21,096 nt of DNA from Candidatus Micrarchaeia archaeon (GCA_041500405.1 JBGQMB010000018.1:1-21096), one strand, 5' to 3'. Shown: positions 1 to 9,226, numbered from the stretch's first letter. A program made the numbers and translations. The notes: generated by a model not told the origin, from the letters alone.

Positions 1-654
1 TCCGTTTTGCCGATGTCCTCATTGATAATAAAGGACGGCGGAGTGCTGAGGATGGACAATGGCAAAAAAGCGGGCATGGCTTTGGAGCTTTTCAAAAAGA
101 AAGCCAAGCGTTTCATAAAAGACATAAGGGAAAGCCCGATATGGGGGCCAGAGCCGGAAGTGAAAAAAGGGACAGCGTTGAGGATAGACGCCAATCCTGA
201 CAAGATAATAACGTCGCCGCCCTATCTCAATGCAATAGACTACACAAAGGTCTACAATCTGGAGATTTCTCTGCTCCACCTTGACTTCAGGGCGCCATCA
301 AGGGACAGGGCGGACTCAATGCCGTCATTCATAACAAAGAACGTGGAAGCGGAACTTACGGGCAGGGATTACATAGACAAGTATGCATTCATCCCAATAG
401 TGGGAAGCTATTTCGCGTTCACTGCAAAAGCGATAAAGGAGATGCACAGGGCGCTGAAACCAGGCGGAAAGGCGGTTTACGTGGTTGCGGACGCAGTCAT
501 AAACGGCGCATATGTTCCAGTGGACCAGATATGCGCAACCATTGCGGAAGAAGAGGGTTTTGAGGCAAAGCTCATAATAGGGCTAAAGAGGAAAACAAGG
601 ATAAATGGAAGGATGTTTGACACAAGGGAATCCGCCGTGGTCATGGAGAAATAA
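1..654 (+). CDS. Amino-group (N4-C/N6-A) DNA methyltransferase, 5'-truncated by the window edge
   Basis: Frame is open from base 1. Catalytic motif IV IITSPPYLNAIDY, followed by EMHRALKPGGKAVYVV and a C-terminal RESAVVMEK typical of this family. The SAM-binding motif is not seen and is presumably upstream of the window. Confidence 0.8.
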   Translation, partial: SVLPMSSLIIKDGGVLRMDNGKKAGMALELFKKKAKRFIKDIRESPIWGPEPEVKKGTALRIDANPDKIITSPPYLNAIDYTKVYNLEISLLHLDFRAPSRDRADSMPSFITKNVEAELTGRDYIDKYAFIPIVGSYFAFTAKAIKEMHRALKPGGKAVYVVADAVINGAYVPVDQICATIAEEEGFEAKLIIGLKRKTRINGRMFDTRESAVVMEK

Positions 655-658
655 GAAA

Positions 659-668
659 ATTTATATAA
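659..668 (+). promoter_or_regulatory. Archaeal TATA box for the small ORF at 700
   Basis: ATTTATATAA preceded by an A-rich BRE-like stretch, about 30 nt upstream of ATG 700. Confidence 0.45.
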
Positions 669-699
669 CATTCACATAAAACTAATTATAGGAATTTAT

Positions 700-855
700 A
701 TGGTTGATACCACTATAGGCATTATTCCGCCTGGGGATAACGAAGGCGAATACACCGACGACTTCCGCACATCCATGGCGCGCGCCCTTATTGACATAAA
801 GAAAGGCAGGACCCATTCCCTCGAAGATGTCAAGCGCCAACTGAGATTAGAGTGA
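700..855 (+). CDS. 51-aa orphan antitoxin-like protein (not in the ORF track)
   Basis: Manual translation: MVDTTIGIIPPGDNEGEYTDDFRTSMARALIDIKKGRTHSLEDVKRQLRLE*. The C-terminal DIKKGRTHSLEDVKRQL resembles the toxin-binding tail of archaeal RelB-like antitoxins. It has its own TATA box and fills the gap between the MTase and glyA. Confidence 0.6.
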   Translation: MVDTTIGIIPPGDNEGEYTDDFRTSMARALIDIKKGRTHSLEDVKRQLRLE

Positions 856-868
856 TGTTCAACTGAAA

Positions 869-2221
869 TTATTGCAGTATCTCCATGCCAGGATAAAGCG
901 GGAACTTTTTGCAAAGCTCAAGGACTTCTTTCCTTGTTTTGGCAACCACGGAATTTGATGACAGGCCGTCCTTGAACTTCTTGACAACAATGTTTCTCTC
1001 TTCCTTGCCGTCCGGCAGCTCGCTTTTGCACGCCTCTTTCGCTATATCGGCAATCCATTTGCCTATAGCCTTCATCTCCGGCTCCTTCATCCCGCGCGTG
1101 GTTATCGCAGGCGTCCCCAGCCTTATGCCGCTTGGGTAAAATGGAGATGACGGGTCTGCCGGAATCGTGTTCTTGTTAACAGTCAAGCCGGCCTCGTCTA
1201 AGGCCTCCTGGACAAAAATGCCCTTTCCCTTTCCGAAAGGCGTCAAATCAATAAGCACCATATGGTTGTCAGTGCCGTTTGTGACTATCTTGATGCCGTT
1301 GTCCATAAGCGACTGGCCCAATGCCTTTGCATTTTTCACAATTTGCGCTGCATAAGCCTTGAACTCCGGCTTCAGCGCCTCGCCAAGCGCAACTGCAATC
1401 GCTGCAGTCGTATGGTCATGCGGACCTCCCTGCAGGCCCGGGAATATTGCCCTGTCTATCTTCTGCGGAAGCTCGGGGTCTTTCTGGATTCCCTTTTTCG
1501 TAACCATTATCATGCCGCCGCGGGGCCCCCTCAATGTCTTGTGCGTTGTCGTAGTTATTATATGGGCATAAGGCACCGGGCTCTTGTGCACCCCGGCAAT
1601 GACAAGGCCGGAGATGTGCGCAATGTCCGCAGCAAGGTAAGCGCCAACCTCATCTGCGATTTTCCCAAGCGCCTCAAACGGGAACTCGCGCACGTACGCA
1701 GTTGCGCCTACCCAAATGAGCTTTGGCTTGTTCTCATGTGCAAGCCTCCTTATTTCCTCGATGTCAAGGTATCCGTCCGCCTTCACATGGTACGGAACTG
1801 ACTTGAACAGCTGGCCTGTCATCGACGCCTTCCATCCGTGCGTCAAATGCCCGCCGTCTGGCAGGTTCTGGCCCATTATGGTGTCGCCGGCCTTGCACAC
1901 TGCAAAATAGACTGCAAGATTGGCGGGGCTTCCGGAATACGGCTGGACGTTCGCGTGCTCAACCCCGAATGCCTTTTTGGCCCTTTCAATCGCAATGTTC
2001 TCAATGATGTCGATGTTCTTGTTTCCGGCGTAATATCTCTTGCCAGAATAGCCTTCGGAATACTTGTTTGTCAAGATGCTTCCCATGGCCTGCAAAACTG
2101 CCTTTGAGACGTAATTTTCTGAAGGGATGAGCTCAAGGCCTTCCTTCTGCCTTTTAACCTCGTCCTTTATCGCCTTGGATATTTCCGGGTCGGTTTTTTC
2201 AATAGGGTCCATCATTGCCAT
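869..2221 (-). CDS. glyA: Serine hydroxymethyltransferase
   Basis: Motifs LELIPSENY, NKYSEGY..RYY, NVQPYSGSPAN, GGHLTHG, the PLP-lysine motif TTTHKTLRGPRGG, FPGLQGGP and SGIRLGTPAITTRG. Start chosen at ATG 2221; other in-frame starts lie within a few codons. Confidence 0.97.
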   Translation of the reverse strand: MAMMDPIEKTDPEISKAIKDEVKRQKEGLELIPSENYVSKAVLQAMGSILTNKYSEGYSGKRYYAGNKNIDIIENIAIERAKKAFGVEHANVQPYSGSPANLAVYFAVCKAGDTIMGQNLPDGGHLTHGWKASMTGQLFKSVPYHVKADGYLDIEEIRRLAHENKPKLIWVGATAYVREFPFEALGKIADEVGAYLAADIAHISGLVIAGVHKSPVPYAHIITTTTHKTLRGPRGGMIMVTKKGIQKDPELPQKIDRAIFPGLQGGPHDHTTAAIAVALGEALKPEFKAYAAQIVKNAKALGQSLMDNGIKIVTNGTDNHMVLIDLTPFGKGKGIFVQEALDEAGLTVNKNTIPADPSSPFYPSGIRLGTPAITTRGMKEPEMKAIGKWIADIAKEACKSELPDGKEERNIVVKKFKDGLSSNSVVAKTRKEVLELCKKFPLYPGMEILQ

Positions 2222-2265
2222 GAAAATCACAGTTGGCGCTATATGGAAAAAGCCCGTTTAAATAA

Positions 2266-2976
2266 TTAGCGGAACATTTGGTTGAGCTTATTAAGCCTTC
2301 CTATGCTGATAACCTCGTCGTCGGCAATCGCATATATCTCGGCATTGTTGACATCGCATTTTTCCATTATCGGGCTAAGCCACTTCTGCCCCCTTATTAT
2401 ATTGGAGCCCCTGCTCAGCGGGTTGAAGGCGGGAAGGACAAGGACGTTTTCCTTTTTCATGAACATGTAAGCTTGGTATTCGTGCAAGGCGCCAAGCTCG
2501 TCCCTTATCTTGGCCATCGGGTGCTCGTTCCCTATTATGGTGGCCTTCTTTTTTGAAGGGGGCAAATCAAGGTTGCCGTGCGTTATCCTGAAGCCCGGCG
2601 TTTCGTAAATCTCCTTGACTTCCGCGCCCCCTACCATATTCTGCAAATAAAAATCGTGGTTTCCCTTTATTGCGATTATTTTCACCAGCTTTCCGATCTC
2701 GTGGATAAAGTTGGAAAGCTCGTCCCATTCCTGCCTAGCCGCCTTTCCGAAAGAGAACTTGAGGTCGCCGTTGAGCACGAGCGTTTGCAGCTTATAGTCG
2801 TTTATGAGCATTTTCGTTTTTTTCATCATCTCGGCCGTCTGAATGCACGTGGATATCATGCCGCTTTCCTCCATGCCTATGTGGAGATCCGCTATCACGC
2901 CGGTTTTCTCCTTTTCCAGCACTGCGGCCGAGTATTCCGTGATGATAAGGCCTTTCGCTATCCTTATTCCTGCCAT
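2266..2976 (-). CDS. Calcineurin-like metallophosphoesterase (Lhr/ligase-associated, COG1407-like)
   Basis: Motifs ADLHIG, NGDLK, KGNHD, THG, GNEHP and VLPAFNPL. Confidence 0.85.
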   Translation of the reverse strand: MAGIRIAKGLIITEYSAAVLEKEKTGVIADLHIGMEESGMISTCIQTAEMMKKTKMLINDYKLQTLVLNGDLKFSFGKAARQEWDELSNFIHEIGKLVKIIAIKGNHDFYLQNMVGGAEVKEIYETPGFRITHGNLDLPPSKKKATIIGNEHPMAKIRDELGALHEYQAYMFMKKENVLVLPAFNPLSRGSNIIRGQKWLSPIMEKCDVNNAEIYAIADDEVISIGRLNKLNQMFR

Positions 2977-3015
2977 TGATTGGGGTTGGCTTGAACATTA
3001 TAAAAAGATGGCGAT

Positions 3016-3759
3016 TCACTTGACTGGAATCCAGGGCACGGTGATTATCTTCTTTCCATATTCAAGCATCATCTCATAGAAGAAAGCCCTGTATCCATTC
3101 ATATGGACGGAGAACTGCTTTGCCATGCCAGTGCCGCCTATGGAAAAGTCTATGGTTTTGCCTTCGATTGCATCGCTGGCATGCTCAAAGCGCGGCTCCT
3201 CCAGTATTATGTAGTCTATCTCGCTTTCCATGTTCCTTTCAGTGAAGAAAGGCGTGAAGGTCCCGAACTCTGTGTCCGACGGCGGCTCCTTTGCAAGCGC
3301 AATCATCCCTTTGAGCATGTCCCTTGACATCCTCCTGCATTCGCGCAGGGTGGAGAAAAGCCTCGGGAAGTCCACGCTGTCATCCTTGCTTACCATGCCT
3401 ATCGCGTATTTTTTCCTTTCCATCTCAGCGACGAGGACCTTGAATGTCAGCTTGTCCCAGCCTATCAGGTCCAGCTTCTCCTGGCAGCTCCTTGTCGCGG
3501 TCTCGAAGAACCTTGGCTCTGCCATGCCCTTTTCAATCAGCCTTTTCAGCAGCGGCCTCATCTCCACTATTGAAACAAGCGCCCTGATTATCTCGGAAGC
3601 AAGCATCTCCCTTTCGTCTTCCTGCTTTTTGCTTAGGAAATGCCTTGCCTTTATGTCATCTTTCAGGGCCTGCTTCCAGTCCCTTCCTGCAAGCGGCTGC
3701 ATTTCCGTCCTTACGGTGCCCCTCTTACTTGCGATTTCGGCTGCCACTATCCCTGCCAT
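3016..3759 (-). CDS. Hypothetical protein (247 aa)
   Basis: Long ATG-initiated ORF that fits between neighbouring genes, with TATA-like sequence upstream (3781-3800). No recognisable motif. Confidence 0.7.
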   Translation of the reverse strand: MAGIVAAEIASKRGTVRTEMQPLAGRDWKQALKDDIKARHFLSKKQEDEREMLASEIIRALVSIVEMRPLLKRLIEKGMAEPRFFETATRSCQEKLDLIGWDKLTFKVLVAEMERKKYAIGMVSKDDSVDFPRLFSTLRECRRMSRDMLKGMIALAKEPPSDTEFGTFTPFFTERNMESEIDYIILEEPRFEHASDAIEGKTIDFSIGGTGMAKQFSVHMNGYRAFFYEMMLEYGKKIITVPWIPVK

Positions 3760-3862
3760 GCAGACACACGCGGAGCCGCCATATATAAGCCTTTATAAAA
3801 AAAGTCCGGGCAACATCCGGCATTATATCATTTTATAATCCTTTTGTTGGATATTGTCCAAC

Positions 3863-4318
3863 ATGAAGGATATAAAGCTGGATGAAAGCGACAGGGAACT
3901 GCTCAGGGCGCTGAAAAAGGACTCAAGGATGACTGTTGCGGAGCTATCCAAGGATTTGCGCATGCCACGCTCAACGGTCCACGAAAGGATAGCAAGGATG
4001 AGGGACAATGGCGTGATAACGCGCTTCACGATACAGGAGGACTACAAGAAGACCGGGCTTCCGACAATGGCTTTTGCGTTCGCCTCCTACGACCCGCAGC
4101 AGAAGGCTGACCAGCACGAGGTCGCTAAGGAGGTTTCAAAGATTCCCGGCGTTTTGGGCGTGTACATCATATCCGGCGAATGGGACATGCTGATAAAAAT
4201 ACGCGGAAAAAGCATAGAGGATATCGGAATGACTGTGCTTGACAGGATAAGGAACGTGCGCGGAATACTGAAAACATACACGATGTCATGCTTTGAAACG
4301 GTCAAGGAAGAGCTTTGA
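3863..4318 (+). CDS. Lrp/AsnC family transcriptional regulator
   Basis: N-terminal LDESDRELLRALKKDSRMTVAELSK..PRSTVHERIARM..GVI HTH and a C-terminal RAM domain (VYIISGEWDMLIKI). ATG 3863 preferred over TTG 3854. Confidence 0.92.
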   Translation: MKDIKLDESDRELLRALKKDSRMTVAELSKDLRMPRSTVHERIARMRDNGVITRFTIQEDYKKTGLPTMAFAFASYDPQQKADQHEVAKEVSKIPGVLGVYIISGEWDMLIKIRGKSIEDIGMTVLDRIRNVRGILKTYTMSCFETVKEEL

Positions 4319-4328
4319 CTATTCTGCA

Positions 4329-5282
4329 TCAAAAATACCTCAGTTTCACGATGCGGCTGTATATCTCGAACCGGTAATCGCGTACTTCATCAAAAAATTT
4401 CATTTTGAAGCGCTCCACCGCTTCTTTGAATTCCTGGTATGACGGGCAAAGAAGATCCAGCTCGAAGTCAGCAAAACCGATGCTCTCGTCCGTATAGATG
4501 CTCCATTTTTCATTCATTGCATACGCGAGCATCTCCTTTCTTTTGGACGTGCTCTTCAGCTGGAAATCCACCTTGTAGAGCGTCAGGTCATCCAGGAAGA
4601 TGTTCGCCCTAAATCCTCTCACCACCCCGTCCTTAACCAGCTTTTTGATGCGGTATACAACCTGAACCGGGGTCAGCCCGGTCATCTTCGCTATTTCAAG
4701 TGTCCCTAGCCTGGCCTGGTTTGCAAGCACGCCAAGCAGCTTGATGTCCTTTCCGTCGATTTTTGCCGTTCCGCCCGCGCCGGTGACATACTCCCTTCTT
4801 TCTTCGTTTCCCTCCAACAGAAAAGTCTGCGAGTAGGTATGGGAACGCAGGTATATCGACACCCTGCTCTGCTCTATGGATTCCTGGTATTCAGATGTGA
4901 AAGCATCCCAGAATTTCTCGAATTCGTAATGGTCAGCCACCCAGACCACAAAACCCACGTCCCATTCGCCGTCCATCTCTCCTACCCACCACGTGCTTTG
5001 GGATGCTGCCAAATACTCAAGCAGGCCGTTGTATTCCTCTTTTTTCATGGGATGGAGCTTCAGGTAGATGCGGTAGGACTGCCGGCCAAGCCGCGACATG
5101 TCGATTACGCTGTAATAATTCTTTATGACGCCCCTTTTCTCCAGTTGTGCTATCCTGTATGAAACCACGTGCTTGCCCAGCCTGAGATTGCGTGCAATCT
5201 CGGCATTGCTCTGCCTGCAGTTCCTGTCCAGCTCAGACAATATTGCCCGGTCCTTCCTGTCCAGCTCCACCAAGGAAACCAT
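4329..5282 (-). CDS. Double-length Lrp/AsnC-type regulator (two HTH-RAM units)
   Basis: Two AsnC-type HTHs: LDRKDRAILSELDRNCRQSNAEIAR..VSYRIAQLEKRGVI and IDGKDIKLLGVLANQARLGTLEIAK..VVYRIKKLVKDGVV. Each is followed by a RAM-like segment (GEWDV; GFADFE). Confidence 0.88.
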   Translation of the reverse strand: MVSLVELDRKDRAILSELDRNCRQSNAEIARNLRLGKHVVSYRIAQLEKRGVIKNYYSVIDMSRLGRQSYRIYLKLHPMKKEEYNGLLEYLAASQSTWWVGEMDGEWDVGFVVWVADHYEFEKFWDAFTSEYQESIEQSRVSIYLRSHTYSQTFLLEGNEERREYVTGAGGTAKIDGKDIKLLGVLANQARLGTLEIAKMTGLTPVQVVYRIKKLVKDGVVRGFRANIFLDDLTLYKVDFQLKSTSKRKEMLAYAMNEKWSIYTDESIGFADFELDLLCPSYQEFKEAVERFKMKFFDEVRDYRFEIYSRIVKLRYF

Positions 5283-5290
5283 GAATGATT

Positions 5291-5370
5291 ATTATGACAA
5301 ATGTATATAAAATTATCATTTTGGAACAAAAAATGAAAGTTATTTATATTAAATACATTATCCACATAAT
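5291..5370. promoter_or_regulatory. Divergent promoter region with a central inverted-repeat operator
   Basis: Very AT-rich. TATA on the minus strand at 5304-5312 and TTTATATT on the plus strand at 5343-5350. TCATTTT-N7-AAAATGA lies between them at 5316-5336. Confidence 0.55.
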
Positions 5371-5375
5371 TAAAC

Positions 5376-6179
5376 ATGAAATACAAACAAATCGAGAAAC
5401 CTCCCAGAAGGGCAGCGGTTCGCAGCGCGAATCCCCTTTATTCTAACGTCCTTGTTGACATGTGGGATGATTTTGTCGATGCGAAAAAGCGCATGAAGAC
5501 AGAAGGTCCGTTCCTTATGGAACAGCTCGGCATCTGCCGCCGGAGGGTTTTTGATGCGTGCGCCGGAACCGGCGTTGACTCCATCTTCCTGCTCAAAAAT
5601 GGGTATGACGTGACCAGCAATGAGATTGACCGCAATTTCATGGCAAAGGCGATTGAGAATTCGCGGCGCGAAGGGGTAAGGCTGAATTTCGTCAGCCATA
5701 ACTGGCTGGACCTGGATAATCACATGAGCACGGGATATCTTGATGGCGTGCTCTGCCTTGGAAATTCCATCATCCATCTTTTTGAGCGGAATGACCAGCT
5801 CAGGGCGCTCAGGAATTTCCTACGCCTGCTTGACCGGAACGGCATCCTGATAATCGACGTGCGGAATTACGAGTACATGCTGAGAAACCGCGAAGACATA
5901 CTCAGAACCAAAAAATTCCGCTATTCAGGCAACTATGTCTATTGCGGCACTGACAAGGTGCACAGCCTGCCGGTATACATTTCCGACAAAAGGATAAAGA
6001 TAGAATATACTCATCTCAGCACAGGGAACAAGGCATATATCGACCTATATCCCTTCCGGCTTGATGAGATGGGCGGCCTTTTGGATGACGCAGGATTCAG
6101 GGAGATAACGCTGTTTTCGGATTATCGGCAGCATTACGACCCAAGGGCGGATTTCTACCAATTCGTCTGCAGGCGCTAA
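5376..6179 (+). CDS. Class I SAM methyltransferase, glycine/sarcosine N-methyltransferase-like
   Basis: VDMWDDFVD..EGPF, the SAM motif VFDACAGTGVDS, DGVLCLGNSIIHLF, GILIIDVRNY, YVYCG and a C-terminal ADFYQFV match the GNMT/GSMT family pattern. Confidence 0.8.
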   Translation: MKYKQIEKPPRRAAVRSANPLYSNVLVDMWDDFVDAKKRMKTEGPFLMEQLGICRRRVFDACAGTGVDSIFLLKNGYDVTSNEIDRNFMAKAIENSRREGVRLNFVSHNWLDLDNHMSTGYLDGVLCLGNSIIHLFERNDQLRALRNFLRLLDRNGILIIDVRNYEYMLRNREDILRTKKFRYSGNYVYCGTDKVHSLPVYISDKRIKIEYTHLSTGNKAYIDLYPFRLDEMGGLLDDAGFREITLFSDYRQHYDPRADFYQFVCRR

Positions 6180-6198
6180 GCCTCAGCAGATTTATTTT

Positions 6199-8739
6199 TC
6201 ACTTCTTCCCAACAAGCTTCTGATGAAGCTCCTTGATGAATGCCTTCCTGTCCTCTATTATGACAATGTCGCTGGCCCCGAGCGCGGCTATGGAGAACCC
6301 GAACGGCGTTGGGACATCCCTGCCTCTCAGCAAAATCAGGCTCCTTTTGCCGATGTCCTCCAAACACTGGATTGCATCGTCAACGTGTATCGCCTCCTCC
6401 ATGACCTCGCGGTACGCCTCCTTCAGAAGCGGGAAATCCGGGTAATAGAGGTTTATCAGCCTGTAGAGCATGTCCGAGTTGAACTGCTGCTTTTTCAGCG
6501 AAATCATCTTTCCTGGATATCTCTTCAGCACCAAAAGGCCCCTTACGCTGACGTTCTTGAACCTCCTTCTCAAAAGCTCGCTTTTTGATATGGACGCCTT
6601 GAGGTTGGACAAAAACCTTTCCTTTGACATTGAAAGCGCCGTCCTGATGTCGTCCTCGCCAAGGTGCTTCCACCTTCCGACCGTTATCATGAACCCGTAG
6701 TCGTTTATCGTCACCCTCACGTTTGTCTTCAGCCTTTCGCTGAACGCGTTTGCGAACGCCCTTCCCAGCGCGTCGGTCGCCTTCCTGCCTGCAACGGCGT
6801 GGAATATGTAGCTCTTGAGCCCGCCATCGTCAACGTATTCCTCAACCAGCATCTCTTTCGGGCTGGGCACTGCGCCGTATTTCTTCTGCTCCAGCACGTA
6901 GCTCCTTGCCGCCTTCAGCGTTATTTCGTCAAGATGGTATTTTTCGGAAAGCTCCTTTTCCTTCATGGTCAGCGCCTCCCACCTGAATCTCTCCAGGTCC
7001 CTTGCGGACTCATAGGGCAGGGGAAGCATCTCGGAGAACCACGCCGGTATAGTCGGCTTTTTTCCGATAGCCGGATTCACAAAGACCTTGCTTCCGCGCG
7101 CGGAAATGAACTCATATGTCCTTCCGCCAAGGACAAAGATGTCGCCCGGCACAAGCCTTTCTATGAACCCCCCCTCAAGCTTTCCTATGAACTTGTTGTT
7201 CGGCATGAAAACAGGCGCGGAGCTCTCGTCCGGGATGGTGCCGGTGTTCATTATGTATATGGCGCGCGCCAGCTTTCCGCGCTTCCCGAACTTCCCGTCC
7301 TGTATCCAGATTTTTCCATATACGTATTTTGCCTCAAGCTCATTGAACTCGCCGGAAAGATACCTGATGACATTGTGGAAATCGGACTTGTCCAGCGTCG
7401 CGTAGTTGTAGCATTTGCGCACGGTTTCGTATGCCTCGTCTATGCTCCATACCCTTTCAAGGCTCATGCCAAGCACGTGCTGCACGAGCACGTCAAGCGG
7501 GTTTTTCACGACCTTTATCGACTCGAACTTCCCGTCCCTTGCGTTCTGCGCAAGGACAACGGACTCCATCATGTCGTCCCTGTCCAGCACTACCACATGG
7601 CCTACGCTGGTCTCGCTAAGCCTGTGCCCGCTTCTCCCAATCCTTTGCACGAGCCGCGTTGCGCTCTTCGGGGAGCCCAGCAGAACCACAAGGTCTATGC
7701 TTCCGATGTCTATCCCGAGCTCAAGGCTTGTCGAGCAAACGACCGCCCTCAGAAGCCCCTGCTTGAGCCTGTCCTCCGTTTCCAGCCTGGTTTCCCTGCT
7801 TATGCTGGAATGGTGCGCCTCGACGCTGTCCACGTATTTGTTTCCGTAAATGGACTTGAGGTGGAACACAACCCTTTCAGTGGCGCTCCTTGTGTTGGTG
7901 AAAATCAGCGTGGTCTGGTGCCCCTCTATCTCCTCATCCAGAAGCTTATAGAGCGCCGCGTTCGCCTGGTCCGCAGGCGTGTAAATGAAATCGTCAACAG
8001 GGCTTTTCACGCTTATCTCTATCGCCTTTATCGCGTTGACGTCAACCACGGTGCAGTCCCTTTCTGTTCCAACAAGGTATTTTGCAACCTCGTCCAATGG
8101 ATGTATTGTTGCGGAAAGGCCTATTCTCACAGGCTCGGGCTTCATCCCCGCGCTCAGCCTTTCAACAGAGAGCGCGAAGTGCGCGCCCCTCTTGTTTCCT
8201 GCCAGCGAATGTATCTCGTCCGCTATGACCCAGCTGACGTTCGTCAAAAGCATCCTGAACTTCGGCGCGTTCAGCATGATGGCAAAGCTTTCAGGCGTAG
8301 TTATGAGTATGTGGGGCGGCTTCCGAAGCATCTTCGCCTTTTCGGATGCGGTTGTGTCGCTTGTCCTTATGCCGACCCTTATGTCTAAATCTTCAATCTT
8401 CTTGCTTATGGACTCAAGCGGCACCATGAGGTTCTTTTTGATGTCGTTGTTGAGCGCCCTCAAAGGGGATACATAGATTACGTAGACCTTGTCCTCCAGC
8501 TCATTCCCTTTTCTCAGCCTTATGAGCTCGTTGAGGATAGCAAGGAACGCAGAAAGCGTCTTTCCGCTTCCTGTTGGCGAGGAGACAAGCACGTTCTTCC
8601 TGTTGTGGATTGACATGACCGCGTGCCTTTGGGCTGGGGTGAACGACTTGAACTTTTTCCTGAACCAGTCGCTGACTTCCGGCTCAAGAACGTCGTAAAT
8701 CTCCTTGTCATCGAAGGAGAACAGCGATTTTGTTATCAT
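6199..8739 (-). CDS. lhr: Lhr-type (Lhr-core) ATP-dependent SF2 helicase
   Basis: Q motif FTPAQ, Walker A SPTGSGKT, SPLRALNND, ITTPES, DEIH, GLSAT, HHSS, SLELGIDIG, QRIGRSGH, GTIPD and IPAWFSE. ATG 8739 has a GGGGTG/GAGG RBS-like sequence upstream; 8757 is an alternative start. Confidence 0.93.
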   Translation of the reverse strand: MITKSLFSFDDKEIYDVLEPEVSDWFRKKFKSFTPAQRHAVMSIHNRKNVLVSSPTGSGKTLSAFLAILNELIRLRKGNELEDKVYVIYVSPLRALNNDIKKNLMVPLESISKKIEDLDIRVGIRTSDTTASEKAKMLRKPPHILITTPESFAIMLNAPKFRMLLTNVSWVIADEIHSLAGNKRGAHFALSVERLSAGMKPEPVRIGLSATIHPLDEVAKYLVGTERDCTVVDVNAIKAIEISVKSPVDDFIYTPADQANAALYKLLDEEIEGHQTTLIFTNTRSATERVVFHLKSIYGNKYVDSVEAHHSSISRETRLETEDRLKQGLLRAVVCSTSLELGIDIGSIDLVVLLGSPKSATRLVQRIGRSGHRLSETSVGHVVVLDRDDMMESVVLAQNARDGKFESIKVVKNPLDVLVQHVLGMSLERVWSIDEAYETVRKCYNYATLDKSDFHNVIRYLSGEFNELEAKYVYGKIWIQDGKFGKRGKLARAIYIMNTGTIPDESSAPVFMPNNKFIGKLEGGFIERLVPGDIFVLGGRTYEFISARGSKVFVNPAIGKKPTIPAWFSEMLPLPYESARDLERFRWEALTMKEKELSEKYHLDEITLKAARSYVLEQKKYGAVPSPKEMLVEEYVDDGGLKSYIFHAVAGRKATDALGRAFANAFSERLKTNVRVTINDYGFMITVGRWKHLGEDDIRTALSMSKERFLSNLKASISKSELLRRRFKNVSVRGLLVLKRYPGKMISLKKQQFNSDMLYRLINLYYPDFPLLKEAYREVMEEAIHVDDAIQCLEDIGKRSLILLRGRDVPTPFGFSIAALGASDIVIIEDRKAFIKELHQKLVGKK

Positions 8740-8865
8740 AATCCTCGCACCCCTCATTATGCGGAAAAGGGTTTTTAACCCTGCCCAAAAACAGCGCCAT
8801 TACTATAAACAGCAAAATTCCAGGCTGGAACTAAGAAATACGGAATAAGCCAAATCCCTGGCTTT

Positions 8866-9174
8866 TCACTTTGTCAGGTAAATCTCTATCGTCGAAACCC
8901 TGTTGACCCTGCCGTCCTCGCCGGTCAGCTCCTCTGTGCCTATTTTGATTTCCTTTATCTGGACATCGGTCAGGTACCTGTTCTTGAGGATTTGGACCAC
9001 GTCTATTGCCTTCGAGGTGAGCTTGCCCCTTGCCTTCACGCCTATCTCCTTTGAGCCGTTCGTGAACTGGGTAAGCGCCGCAAGCACGTAACCCATGGAC
9101 GGCTTCTTTCCGACGAATATCGTGTTGTCGTCGGCCCTGTGCCCGCTGTGCTGTTCCTGTGTTTCATCTGCCAT
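8866..9174 (-). CDS. albA: Archaeal chromatin protein Alba
   Basis: IFVGKKPSMGYVLA, VKARGKLTSKAIDVV, IKIGTEEL and VSTIEIYL. GGGGTGA RBS upstream. Confidence 0.95.
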   Translation of the reverse strand: MADETQEQHSGHRADDNTIFVGKKPSMGYVLAALTQFTNGSKEIGVKARGKLTSKAIDVVQILKNRYLTDVQIKEIKIGTEELTGEDGRVNRVSTIEIYLTK

Positions 9175-9226
9175 CTCTTTTCACCCCTGTTTTCATTATT
9201 GCCTGACGCCCTTTTTATGCCTTCGC

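Noticed and set aside
5..6360. Exact 16-nt repeat TTTTGCCGATGTCCTC at 5-20 and 6345-6360
   Set aside because: Both copies are inside unrelated coding sequences. One such match in 21 kb is plausible by chance (expectation on the order of 0.1), and no element boundaries coincide.
6664..8388. 574-aa plus-strand ORF and other long antisense ORFs (1262-1801, 3230-3838, 14437-15210, and minus-strand ORFs over 15283-20598)
   Set aside because: They are shadows of well-supported genes on the opposite strand (lhr, glyA, hypothetical gene, GTPase, subtilase) and carry no motifs.
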